Origin: Lingula anatina
Lineage: Eukaryota > Animalia > Brachiopoda
Assembly: GCA_051362555.1 (NCBI GenBank)
Contig: CM120640.1
Span: forward strand, 9,796,001 to 9,860,000
DNA length: 64,000 nucleotides
Direction: 5' to 3'
How positions within the stretch are numbered: the first letter of the stretch is position 1; each line of letters begins with the position of its first letter. The position numbers and the translations under genes were made by a program. Shown in pieces: positions 51,809 through 64,000 of this stretch. The notes under the pieces were generated by a model, which made no database searches, was not told the DNA's origin, and saw nothing but the letters and a program-made list of their open reading frames with translations.

Positions 51809-53979
51809 AGCATGTGGCTTATTTTTTGCATTTATTTTAACTAATTTTACTACACTTTGTAAAGCATATGATATACTATTGCACAGTGTAAAGCGCCATG
51901 CAAAGTGGTTCTCTACATGGGTAAAGGTGGTGTAAAGGACCCAACTGATAATGGCACAAAGTTTTTGAGTGCAAAATTTCCGAACTATTTTAACGTCCCT
52001 GGACTAAGGCTCCATTCTTTTTACAAAAAGAAATTCCTGAAGATTGAAGAGTTTGTTGTCCTCAGCTGTACCTGCTTCCTACAACCTTTTGTCCTCAAAC
52101 CACAAGAAAACACTTGACATCAAACTTTGAATTATAGACATAGAATTGCCTCACCACTCAAAAAAGGTACTGCTTGATTCTAATTTCAACCATCTGGCAA
52201 CCCTCCACCAGATGACAGCACTTGTGCTTTGGGAAATTCTGTAGGAAATGAGTAAGTTACTGGAGTGGGAATCACCCAAGATATCCTAAGACAAGGCCTT
52301 CAATACTGCATGATGTCATACAAGACTAGAAAATGTCTAAGAATCTGTGTGAAGAGGGGTTAACTTTTTAATGATGAGGAAGAAACTTCATGCGTTGGGA
52401 ATGTTTTTGTAAAAAGCAATGCAAAAGTGACATCTAAAACGTGGAATATTTATTTGTACTAAGACTAAGACTGTAAGACTATAATTTGAAAATGAGAAAA
52501 TGACCAGAAGAATCTCTTTGTATAAGTTGAGTCAGCCTTTATTTTTATTCATTGCTGCACTGCACTCCCTAGTCTGCCATTATTTCTGATCCAGCTCACT
52601 TCCAAATCTCATGAAATTTTGCTTGATTTTACACTGTGTCATGGGACTTTGGGCTATTTTGGATGATTCCCATTGTAGTTTATTATTTTTTTTTATCTGT
52701 TGATTTTTTTCATGACATGTAGCTCATTGTATTGGTTGTTATTTAAATTTTTCTAGTTGAGGAAAGACCTAGCATCATTTCTAAATTTATTTTTAAAACT
52801 TTTTTTTCAAAACTGAGGAGTTTTCATAGGCAAGAAAGACATGTTTTATGTTAATAATGCTTTAGTTTTGATTTAAAAGTGATGCTTATACCATAATTGT
52901 ATTCTATACAGGACTTTTCAAACAAAATTACTTCTTGAAAAATCAGGTGGTGGTTCAATATCTTCATTATAATGTAAGTTTCATTGTAAGAAAAGATGAC
53001 AAGACAAGAAGCCACCATTGACATAATGGAAAGGATACATGGTTTTATTGACTTCCGAGTGAACTACATGTTTACAGACATTCATGGAGAGCGCTGTGGC
53101 TACCTGTAATCACTTCGTCCTGCTGAAAATTGATAAAAGCTGCTTCCTAGGTTTTTGGTTTAGGTACTTTTACTCCTGCCAATTGTCTTGTTAGGTCTAA
53201 GTTGTTAAATAATGTAATACCCATGATGTGGAAGGTTTGGTATTGTATTTGCTGGGAATGACATTATTTATTTAGATATCATTGGTGGAGAAGCATTTAG
53301 AAAAGCATACAGAATGTTCACTTGAGTGTACATGTATTCTTTTTATTATCAAGTATGCTTTATACAATAACATTTTACAGCATCTTAAATTGGATGTACA
53401 TTGTGTAATGGCTGCCCACCACATACTGCTAAAGAACAATGATTTAATGATGGATACACACAAAACAAACACTTTCATTTATTTGAATTGAATAAGAATG
53501 CCTCTGTTTATTGTAATATTAAAAGCTAGCAAGCAAACCAAAGCTATAAAATAAATTCTGCATTTTCGTGGGCACTGATAACCCTGTCAGTAATTGTGTC
53601 TTTCCTTCTTTCATTCTTTTTCACTTTTACCCAAAGCCCTCATGATCTTGCATTTGCTCATTTAAGAAGCATGCCTCAAGTTCACAAAGTTGACAGATAA
53701 ATAAGATAGGAAGCCTCCTAGAGTTTATGAATCACAGCAGAAGGATAACACTAAATCTTCATCCACCACTGGCCTGCTGTGCTGCAAGATGTACGGCCCT
53801 CCTTTGATCCAGCCTTTCACTTAGTCCGCTAATGCATGGGAACACCTCTCTCATTGATGTTGCATTTTATGTTTAACCTAGTTGATACTCTGTGGAACTG
53901 TTTCGCTTTACCATGTACATTGTACTTTTAAATCCCAGTCTCATTTTGCTTCTGTTTAGGATGGAGGGTGCCATCCATT

Positions 53980-54240
53980 TACAGTTTTCCCTTTTACCCC
54001 CTCTTATTTCCCACATGTGCCTTTCTTTCTCATCCCTTCCTTCTCTTGTATGTTCCCTCCCAACTCCTCTTCCTACTGAGGGTTTCCTTCCCTTTTTACA
54101 ACTTGTCACCTCACACTCTTCCTCACCATCAATTTAATACTTTCCTCTTCTATCTCACCAAACCCCCCTTTTCTCTCCAATTTTAAACTTTTATTATCCC
54201 TGCAGCTCATCTCCCCGGGTGTACTCACTCCTCCTTTCAG
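53980..54240. repeat. CT-rich low-complexity (polypyrimidine) tract
   Basis: Strong C/T bias on + strand; explains three overlapping spurious ORFs. Confidence 0.75.
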
Positions 54241-57200
54241 AAGTTCACATCAAAACATCTTGAACCTTGGCCAACCAAATAAAGAGGGAATAAGTAATAA
54301 AGACAGGTGGATTTCTAGTTGATTTATCTCATCAATTCTCACCAGACGTCTCTGATCACACTTGCAGGAATGGTACGCTTGATGATCACAAGCCAATGTT
54401 CAAAAACTGGAAATTTTTTTTCTGCTCTGTTTCAAAAAAGTTTCAGATAACCATGGGTAACAGTTCAGGATTTGTAAGTGTGATCTCACTTTCTTCGTTT
54501 GGTGTGAGCAAGAGATTCTGTTGGAGAATTCAGATTGTTTGAGAGTTTTCAGGATCCTTCTGATATTCCATGGATAATGACATTCTTAGTGGGAATTATT
54601 TTTCCAAAACTGCCTGAGCTTTATTACAGGTAAAGATCAATAATCAGCTACGCAGCATCAAAATTAATTTTTTTTCAATTGATAAAATGTTTTATGGTAA
54701 GAAAGATGTACAGTGACAAATGTTGCATGTTTCTGAAATGATATATCTTGACAGATTGCCAGTTACACTACGTTACAGGGGAATGTGTAACAAATCATTC
54801 AAATGTGAGAATCTGCACTTCTCAAGTGCCTGCAAATAAATCTGAACCCAAGGAACTGGTGTTTGGCAGTCTTCTTAAGCTTGTACATAAGACTTTAAAA
54901 GAAGTGGGGAGTGAGTTCAAGTGAAATGCCAAAATAGTTTGAAATGCCTCAAAAAAGCATGCATTTACTTGCCTCAAACCAGGCCCATCTCAAAGCAGTC
55001 TGACACCACTTGGATTAAATTCCATAATTTCTCAATATTCTTTTAAGTACTTGCTTGCTTGAAACTTGTTTTAAGAAATTGTGTAATTTTGTTTTCAGGG
55101 CTGTTGTCTTCAAATGTTAACACATTCTATCCTTTTAATTTTATAAATTTGCTTTGTTTAATAAATTCTGTTTACAAAAAGACAGTTTACACACATTTCA
55201 GAACATACTTTATTACTGTTTAAAATATAGATAAAAAATTAACAAATTACTTGCATAGACAGATATTAAAACTAAACATGTTATTTATTATGTATTAATC
55301 AACATTGCATAGAAGCACACACTATCTATCTTACAAATAATAAATATCATGGCAGCTTGTATGATCTAAAATAATATTAATTGGTATCAGTTACATGATT
55401 TATAGCTAAAATTTTAAACAAATGACCAAAGGTGAATTCCAATGCACAGATTCTATAAATTTACATTAACTTTTTCAAAAGCAAAAAATACATTTTCAGA
55501 CATGATGTTAAAGCAGTTCTTGGAAAATTTGTAAAGTCTGTCTAGAATTAGTTTATTCAACAACCAATCATAATGCATTTCATTTCTTAGACATTAACAT
55601 AAATCAAAATATTTTGTGACTATTTCCAGATAAGTAGTGGAATACTGGACCTTGAGCAGAATGTTTCTTGAATCTATGTCATAATTTTGGGCAGACAGAT
55701 GTCCAGTTTTAACTGGTCAGTCCATTGACCGGCCCTGATGAGATAGACATTAGGTACATATTAACAACTATTAAAATACAGCAATTAGAATCCCTTGGTG
55801 AAACCAAACATGATTTAATATTCTTACACATTTTGATAGGTCTCCCCGGGACTGATTAATACCAAGTACTTTCCCTGGTTTACAATCAACCTGGTCCAGG
55901 CTACTCTCTCTCTCTATATGTATATATTTGGTCAGATACCCCGAGGTTATAAAGTCCACATACACAGGAGGAAAGGTGTGGAATATTATCCAAATCTTTA
56001 AATGTACCTGAGGTTTTATATTTATATAAATTTACAGATGCATAGTTTTTATGCGCACCAATCAGTTAGATGAAGATAAAATTCCAACTCAGATCCTCCT
56101 GTCTTCACCTCACCATCCTGAATAATGTAAAACCAACCCATTAATACTAGATGTAACATATAAGAAAGAGAAATTCCAGTCAGAGGCAAAGTGATCATAA
56201 CAATTATAATAAAAGTGCCTCCCTCAACCATCAACAACATGAGTTAATTATTTAAAAGATCTACATCTATATCCTAGATACGATTTCAGCACTGTTCCCC
56301 AAATGCATAATTGACAAATGAGGACATTTGTACCTATTTACAAGTGCTTACTCAATTTACTGAATAAAATGGCCAAAGCAGTATGCACTTGAAATACAGT
56401 TGCATGTCATATTTTCTGAAAGCTCAAAGAACCAGCAGTGTAAGTAGTTTATATTCCAAAAAATATGAGGTAGTGTACTACAATTTGTGTACAAGTATGC
56501 GGAGTGGGTAATTTGAGCAAAGGCAGCTTCTGCAACACTAGAATACCCATGCATCCTATTTAAACTACTAAAATCTCAAACTGTACCAAAGAAAATGCCC
56601 ATGATCAAGTAACACATTTTCACTTTTTCATCTCATCAACATCATCATGCTTATTTAAAATAATGAACAACAGACTTAAATGCAAAATCTGGTAAAGACT
56701 TTAAAATGCTAAGTTACTGTACAATATACTAGAAATGGTAAGAATTATTTCCCATAATTCGTAAAAAAAAGTTTCTAGATCAACTATGTTAATAAATCTA
56801 ACTGGAAAATCTATGAAGATTACAAATGTACACGAGTTCCATATGCGATAAAATTCTACAATATGCTAAAAATAAAAAAAGACAATTTTCAACCTTAAAA
56901 TCCAATGAAGTTCTGACATCAATTTGGCAAAAACTTGAATTTTCAATTTCTGAGTCACTCTGATATCAATTTGGCAAAAACAGGAAAAGTAAAAAGTATT
57001 AGTATACCCTGAATTCTTAACAGAAAATATTTTGAACCACATTAAATCAATCCCTACCTTATTTAAATAATATTGCTAAGTTTATCTTATGTATGCAAGT
57101 AAACTATATTATCTTAAACCCTTCATATTGGCAAAAGCTGCACCTTATAATGGAAGATCGGTGGGAACCCTTTATACTTAATATAAGATTTACGTTAAAG

Positions 57201-57947
57201 TAAATAATCACTCAGCTGTACTATTACTTAAAACACCTGTTGCATAATGCTACTGATATATATTTACAAGAAATGACTTTCACAGGGTTCTCAGCAATTT
57301 ACTATTTGGCAAAAAATTCAGACAGTGGGTAGATGGCATGATAACATTGCAATTACTGGTAACATGTCTGATTCTGCTCAAATTCACTTGACACAACGGT
57401 ATCAGGATTTTTTTCATCAGTCATCCGCTTGCTGCTTGGGTGGGATTGAACTGAACCCAGCCAACAAAACCGCTGCAGAACAGACCCTGCATGCTGTGTT
57501 GATATCTTTTTCAAGGGGCAGACTGTATAAATGTGCTGCAGTGGTTACTGGGTTCTTATAACATCTTATACTCACATTGTTGTGCTATACAACTAAATCC
57601 ATACCATACTAGCTGTGAGTGTGGCTATACAGAATTTACAGCACTCTCTAATGAGAAAGCCTTGAACTGTCTGGTTTTAGTTGTGTCTGGAGTAGGAAAT
57701 TTGATTTAAAATGTACATGATTTCCATTTTGCAATACTTTGTACAGCTGATACCGCACTATCTTGCCGGCATGAGGTTTCCCATTCGGCTTTTTGCCAGC
57801 TAGGGTTATCTAACTATAATTATAATAAAGAGAAGGGAGGGGGTCTGTACATAACTCTGTGGTAGTTGGGAAAGGGTATAGACACATAGACACTATGTAC
57901 AAGTTTGATTTTTTCCTAAATAAATCTCTCCTCAGGTAAGTATCAAC

Positions 57948-58236
57948 TCAGATGAAGATGAAGTCCTTCCTAGTACCCTCATCACATCGTCCCTCTTTGT
58001 GTACAGTCCTCATTATCCATTTACCATGGCAACCGCGTGCATTTACAGCATTCCATCTCGTGATTTGGTTAATGACACCATGTCCTTTACAGCGGGTGCC
58101 TAGACTCTTCCACATGGCGGTGGGCTGGCATTCAACACATATTTGGGCTCCCTTCTCCAGAACCTTTGCCCAAGGGGTAATGTTGGATTTCTGGCAGACT
58201 CTTCTTGAAGAAACAATCTCATAGGTGGCATAGTAG
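57948..58236 (-). CDS. SBSPON: Terminal coding exon of somatomedin-B and thrombospondin type-1 domain-containing protein (RPE-spondin)-like gene; upstream exons not found in window
   Basis: Pyrimidine tract plus CAG acceptor (58237-58239 on minus), then a phase-2 frame YYATYEIVSSRRVCQKSNITPWAKVLEKGAQICVECQPTAMWKSLGTRCKGHGVINQITRWNAVNARGCHGKWIMRTVHKEGRCDEGTRKDFIFI*. It matches from memory the SBSPON C-terminal pattern W..L..G..CV.CQP.AM...RC.G.G...W.A....C.G.W...FIFI. Not listed in the supplied ORF track. Confidence 0.85.
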
Positions 58237-59254
58237 CTGGAAGGTAAAAATAAAAAGAGATAACAATTTAGCTAATGGTCAAAAATGGACAGGCACTGGT
58301 TGTTTAATTACTGACTCATTTTAAATTCTGGTCTACTGGGCATTAACCAATAAAGATGCTACACTAAACTGTGTGGAACAGGAAACAATTTACACAATGA
58401 TTAGTCTAATTTCCATCACAACATTGGAACAGATACCAGAAAATTGAAACAAATATTCACTTAATCAAATAAGACTGGCGCCTTCAAACAGAATTTACAA
58501 GATCAAATTTATGGTCAAATTAACTGCAGAAATCTCTTGTCCCTTGGTAGAAATAAATCCTAATAAACATTCATAAAAATAATGGGAGAAATTGAGATCT
58601 CTTCATGCAGAAATGTGACTGAACTTTTATGACATTCTGTACTTAGTACCCATTCTAAACAAACCAGTTTATTCTGACAGTCAAATGGATACACCATAAA
58701 CATAAAAGGCCATTCAGAATGAAATGGTAGACAAATAAAAGGACTGGTAACAATTTTTGCTGGTAATTAAAAGTTGCCAAACACTCAAATGACACTTTTT
58801 ATGTCCCATTGCATTTCTATTGACCATTAAATGATTGACAGAAGTTTGGAATTGTTAGAACTATAAATATACCCTGGAAGTCCAATGCAGAGACAGAGTA
58901 GATTGGTTTTTGGCAGTTTGAAGGATTTCATCTTTTTGCTTACTGTGCTCTGATTTGCACATCTCTGTTTTATTCATAGACCTAAAAAAACCAAGCCATT
59001 TTCCACCTCCCTATCACTATGAAATCTTATTAGTCTGGGAACCTTCGGAATTCAATTTGCCTTCATTTCTCCAAAGCTTGGAAAAACATGTAAGGTTTTC
59101 CTTTGCACTGCAGAAAAAACATCCCACAATGCATTCCAGATTGCCCAAGGGAAACCATGGCATAAAAAGAGAGAAACCATTAGAACCTGATCAGTTGCTC
59201 TGCATTTTTTATCTTGAGAAAAAACGCATAACAGCAAATGTATTTTTAACTATA

Positions 59255-59320
59255 AAATAAATAAATAAATAAATAAACAGATATATAAATCAACAAACAA
59301 ACAAATAAATCAACAAACAA
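59255..59320. repeat. (AAAT)n/(AAAC)n compound microsatellite
   Basis: Directly visible tetranucleotide units. Confidence 0.8.
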
Positions 59321-62300
59321 GTAAATGAAGCTTTTACCTTTTAATGGTCTTTTTGTACCAAATAGAAATATTTTTTTGAGGGCGGGGGGGTTGTTGAAGT
59401 ATAATGCAATTTGCAGATATTGGCTAAAAAAATTGACATTAACATTTTGTTAGTTATGTTATGAATTGACTGCATTTCTTGAGTACTAATCACTCAAGCA
59501 ATATTTCAAATCTTGTCCCCCTCAATAAAACATTCAAACTCAACCCAAACATTACTGTGAGAAGTTTAAGCACCACTAGTAAATCGAAGTAACACATGTG
59601 CCAAACAGTGCTTGTCTGAACTAAAATTACAACTTTCTTTATGTCATTCACCATATCTCTGCAATAACACAATAATTTTCTTCTTCATAGAATCCTAAAC
59701 AAGGTGCACCCACATGCATTTCTATGTACTTATATTGAATCAAGCAGCAGTATATAAAGAAACCAAGTTAGCCGTAGGCTAGCTGTGTTTTTTTCCTTGT
59801 TACAAGGAGGTAATGGTCAATGCTTGTGTGGTTTCTATTAGCACCATGCTAGTGAAGTTGTCTGAACAATTATGCTGTTTCCACAACCTGCTGCTAAGGT
59901 TCTTGTTACCAAAATGGCAAAGGTGACGATAGGGAAAAAAGGTGCCAGAGTCTCTGACAATCAAATGTCCTAATCACGGAAGGCAGCTCCATTCTTCACT
60001 ATCAACACAATCTAGGCAGAGAACCTTTAACAGAGACTGACGGAACAATTGTAAAAGCTCAGAAAAACTTGTCAACCAGTTGAAATTAATCGTATATGAA
60101 ATTCACAATGATGTTACATTTGCCATACAATAATTAAGGTGTTTATGCAATGTTTACATTAATATGAGATGGCATGTTTCCATTTTGAAACCTTTTTCTT
60201 AATCTATTTCAATCATTGTTTACTTTCATACTGTTTCTTTTATCACAAGTATTTTTTTAAATTTCCAATATTGTTAAAATCATGGAAACATGTTTTTAAC
60301 CTATTTTACCCAAGACATTGTATCCATTCCTTGAAAATTTTCAGATCGGCTTTGTTAACCTTAAGAAGCAAATGTCAATGAAACAAAGAAGGGACATATG
60401 AAGGAAAGATGATAGACACACAATTTAAAAAAGTCCTTTCGAACAATGAAATTAAAAGAAAACACTGATGTGATGAATCACTGAAGATAAAAATCTGGAC
60501 AAAGGACTCAACTTGACCGGGACCAACGGATTACAAAGGACACTGACAGTTTTGGCCCTGAAGTGATTTCCAAAATGACCAGTCTTTGACCACTGGACAC
60601 ATCTACCAGTCATCAGGGGTGGCCTCAGTGGTGTGAAAATGATATGTCTTGTATCCGGAGTTTTTGTGAACATACAATTGAAAATGTCTGTATTGTGGCT
60701 TGAAAAGATGGACATGTGGCTTCAGTTTGCAGTGTGTGGATAAGAAAATTTCATCAATCCTGAATGTGTGACTTATTTATACTGTACCAAACTTCATTTG
60801 CACTTATACCTGTGGTTGACTATAAAGTATGTTTGAGCTATTTTTTTTCTTTTTATGAACTGACAGAAGAAATATGTATTTACACTGGTGTTTGGTTTTA
60901 TTTTATAGTGTGTATCACCTATTGCCATCAAAGAAACCAATGTAATGGATTTCCAGCTTTCAAATTCAGTGCCAGGCAGAAAAAAATAGCTACTTCCATA
61001 TTGCATAAGTCTGAAAAGAATTTCAGCTCTTTCAGAAGGACTATCCTATATTCTGTTATTGAAACAACAATATTGACATTTTATTTCCACCATACTGGAT
61101 TCATGTGCAAAAATTCAAATTACATCTGCAATGACAAAATACTTCTTCCACTCTCTGAACAAGAAAAACCTCTTGGGCCTGACAATCTATTCAAAGGATA
61201 AAATCACCAGGGTTACAAAGAGATATCGAGGACATGTCAAAGCCTGTGCACTAGTAGTGGGACTGGTGCATCTAAACAAGGGTCAAGTAGGGACAGAAAG
61301 TGTGTGTGTCAGCCTCTCCTCATTCTGGTGGCAAGGGGCGGAGTGCCACACGAAAGAAATACACCACTCTATTATTTCCCTTTGTTCAAATCCTGTCAAT
61401 GAGTTTTAAACTTGTTCTTAATGACCGCAATGCCACACAGAGATGCATTATTTGCTTTTGTTAAAATGCTGTCAATGACTTTTCAATTATTTTCTATTGG
61501 TCAAACTTGGTAGAAGTAATGAGAGAAAAAAAACCTGTTCAAGTACCAGGGCTATTATTTCCTACAACTCTGATTGAAATCCCTAAACTCAAAATTTACC
61601 CTGGATAAAAATATCATCTGTGATGTGCATGTGCGTGCATCTGTGTGAGAACAGGGGTGTGTTGATATCCACAACCCATGTGTAATTACCCAATTAATCA
61701 CTAACTCTTAATCCTATATCTACAATGTGGTGTAATACCGATATTTGCCACAACACCATTCTATGTACTTCTGAACTATTAATCTCCAAGAATCACCTCA
61801 ACCTATTGTACATCACATCTGCTTAGCACTGGGCTTTAGGTTTAAGGTGAGATAAGCTTAAGCCCCTCACCCCACCCCCTTTGACAAGACCAGGTAAATA
61901 CATAGTGACAGGTCAGAACTATAAGTAACAGTTAAGCATCTTTATTTTCATCCCACATCATCAACTGGGATGCCTTGGATTATAGATTATACTCCGATAG
62001 GCAGTCATTTAATCTGATGGAATTCAAAATAAAAACATTCCTTTTTTTCAGCATCGCCAAAATCCCTTAAAATTTGCTACCTTACGGTTATCATCTTTTT
62101 ACCAGGTAACCTCAAACCACTACATACAAACAAATACCAGGTAATTTTAGCTCAACTTGTGAATTTGTGTGGGGTTAATCTTGGGGCAGACTGAAAATGA
62201 AGAGCAAATTATAGGACTTGGGATCCTGTTTTTTTCTTTTTTTGACATTGATCATTTTCAGGAAACCTTTGAGTGCAAATGCCAAAACGGTGGTGACTGC

Positions 62301-64000
62301 TTAGTTCCATTTACAAAGAGAAGATGGTAGGTTTCAAGTCATTATCTCCACATCATTATCATGAAAGCTCAAATGTGCTGGGATGGTGTCCCTGGTAATG
62401 AGCTTTTAAGGACAGTAATATCTTCCTGAATTTATTTTTCTTTAAACCTAATGCTTTTAAGGGGAACTTAAACATGTGACCACACACCTCAAGATAAGAG
62501 TTGGGGACCTGTTCCAAAAAAGAACTTAAGTCCAGAAACTGGTCGAAACTTTTAACCAAAAATTCAAGCTACTTTGTCCCACGTTCGACAAATAAGTAGC
62601 CTGACATTAAATGTTATACTGCATTCGTTTTAAAATAAGAAGGACATGGTATTGTTTCTGAGCACTTCCAACTTTATTTAAGAGGACTATAGCATAGATT
62701 TTTATCTTGAACTGATGTAGTTCAGTTTTTCGAGAAAGTTAAGACCAATGTTCAGATTTTAGTTATTTTGTGAATAAGGTCCCAGGGGTGCCCCATATTG
62801 GGAGGACATGTACTGAAGAGCATACAGATGGTTGTTGAATCACTCAAATTTCTAACCCTTTTTGTTTAGCAGGACACATGAATCTTTTGACTTAATAAAC
62901 TTTTCAGATTTTGTTTTTTTAAGATCTCTTCCATTTTTCTAAATAAAAATGAGATTTTCATCACACTGTCACAGCTGTGTTGTAGGAAATCTGATGTAAT
63001 ATGAACAAGTGCTTTTCATAACACATTCCATCAACAGACATCTGAAGTATTCCGAGCATGTTTCAACTGAATTTTTTTGACGAGAAATGACTTCAACACT
63101 TGACAAAACTTGTATTTATTGTCACCTTCCTTAACACTCTCACAGCATATTTCTTGAGCAGACAGGAAATAAATAGTTTCGTTCATTTCTCTAAAAATTC
63201 CCTTAATTTCACCAAAGAACTTAAATGCACTGTTAGCTGTAAGTGACATAAATTTTCATGTGTACAAAACAAACTTGGAATTTTGCTTTTAATTTCACCA
63301 AGATGCACTTTTGATTAACATATCAAAACAACTAGATTAATGAGTCATCATGTGGTTCTCACCAGAAGTATTTCACCAGAAATATAGGTAAGAAACTGTT
63401 ACATCATCAAACAATATTGTTTTCAATAATGATAATTCATCATCCTAGACAGTGATAACAGGGCTCAAGCCTTGTAACTCAGTTGCTGAGAAACAAAAGA
63501 GCCACAAAAAGACAAAGGAACAATACTCAGGAACAAGCCTGGAGTTGTTGAGGTTGAAAGAGGAATGAGGGGGAGGGTATATCAGTGCTCAGTGGTAAGT
63601 ACTGTGGTCAAATGTGTGGTCAAACAGTGGTCAGTCTAACAGTTCATGCATTTAGATCAACCAGGTGCAATCCACTCTTGGTCACAGTGTACACCTTAAT
63701 GCTTCATTATCACATTATATTTGCAGAAACTAGATTCATCTGGAAAATTCCAAAATCAATTCAACCCTGACAGTCTTTGCACTGGTAGACCCTGTCCCAT
63801 CTAGAGATAAATGTGGGGTGATAAACACTGGGGAAACAAATCATCAGCAGTAGACAGACAAACCCAAACAAAACCACCATTTCCTTGTTTTCTACAGTGC
63901 AAAAAAGTTGTGCAAACCAAGAACACTGGTGTACCCCATAATTGATCAAAATTAACTTGTACCCACTATAGATTCTGATATCAACTTAGCCTTGTCTATT

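Noticed and set aside
58240-64000. Search for upstream SBSPON exons, and ORFs such as 60764-61201 (145 aa)
   Set aside because: No SMB/TSP1-like peptides. Tested splice-bounded segments (e.g. about 62086-62190) have stops in all frames, and the ORFs have AT-rich non-coding composition.

Overview
Eukaryotic, AT-rich, intron-containing animal DNA, most likely from an invertebrate bilaterian (possibly lophotrochozoan; the species cannot be fixed from sequence). Three complete spliced genes were assembled by hand from GT-AG boundaries with consistent phases: SBDS (+, 6 exons, 252 aa), mevalonate kinase MVK (-, 10 exons, 377 aa) and cob(I)alamin adenosyltransferase MMAB (+, 9 exons, 250 aa). The terminal exon of an SBSPON/RPE-spondin-like gene is also present (-). 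MVK and MMAB are head-to-head with only 139 bp between start codons, and that spacer holds two SRE-like motifs and an ETS site, mirroring the vertebrate SREBP-regulated pair. The left half has two convergent long ORFs for unrecognised, mostly disordered proteins (433 and 809 aa), a decayed Tc1-like transposase and a TTAA-flanked 1.17 kb non-autonomous DNA transposon. The oddest signal is the 5' end of the 809-aa gene. Two candidate upstream coding exons both splice in phase 0 into a short frame that stops at AAG-TAA, 77 nt inside the long ORF. A possible 76-nt GT-AG exitron, or a +1 frameshift, would fuse the two frames. No rRNA, tRNA or CRISPR features were seen.
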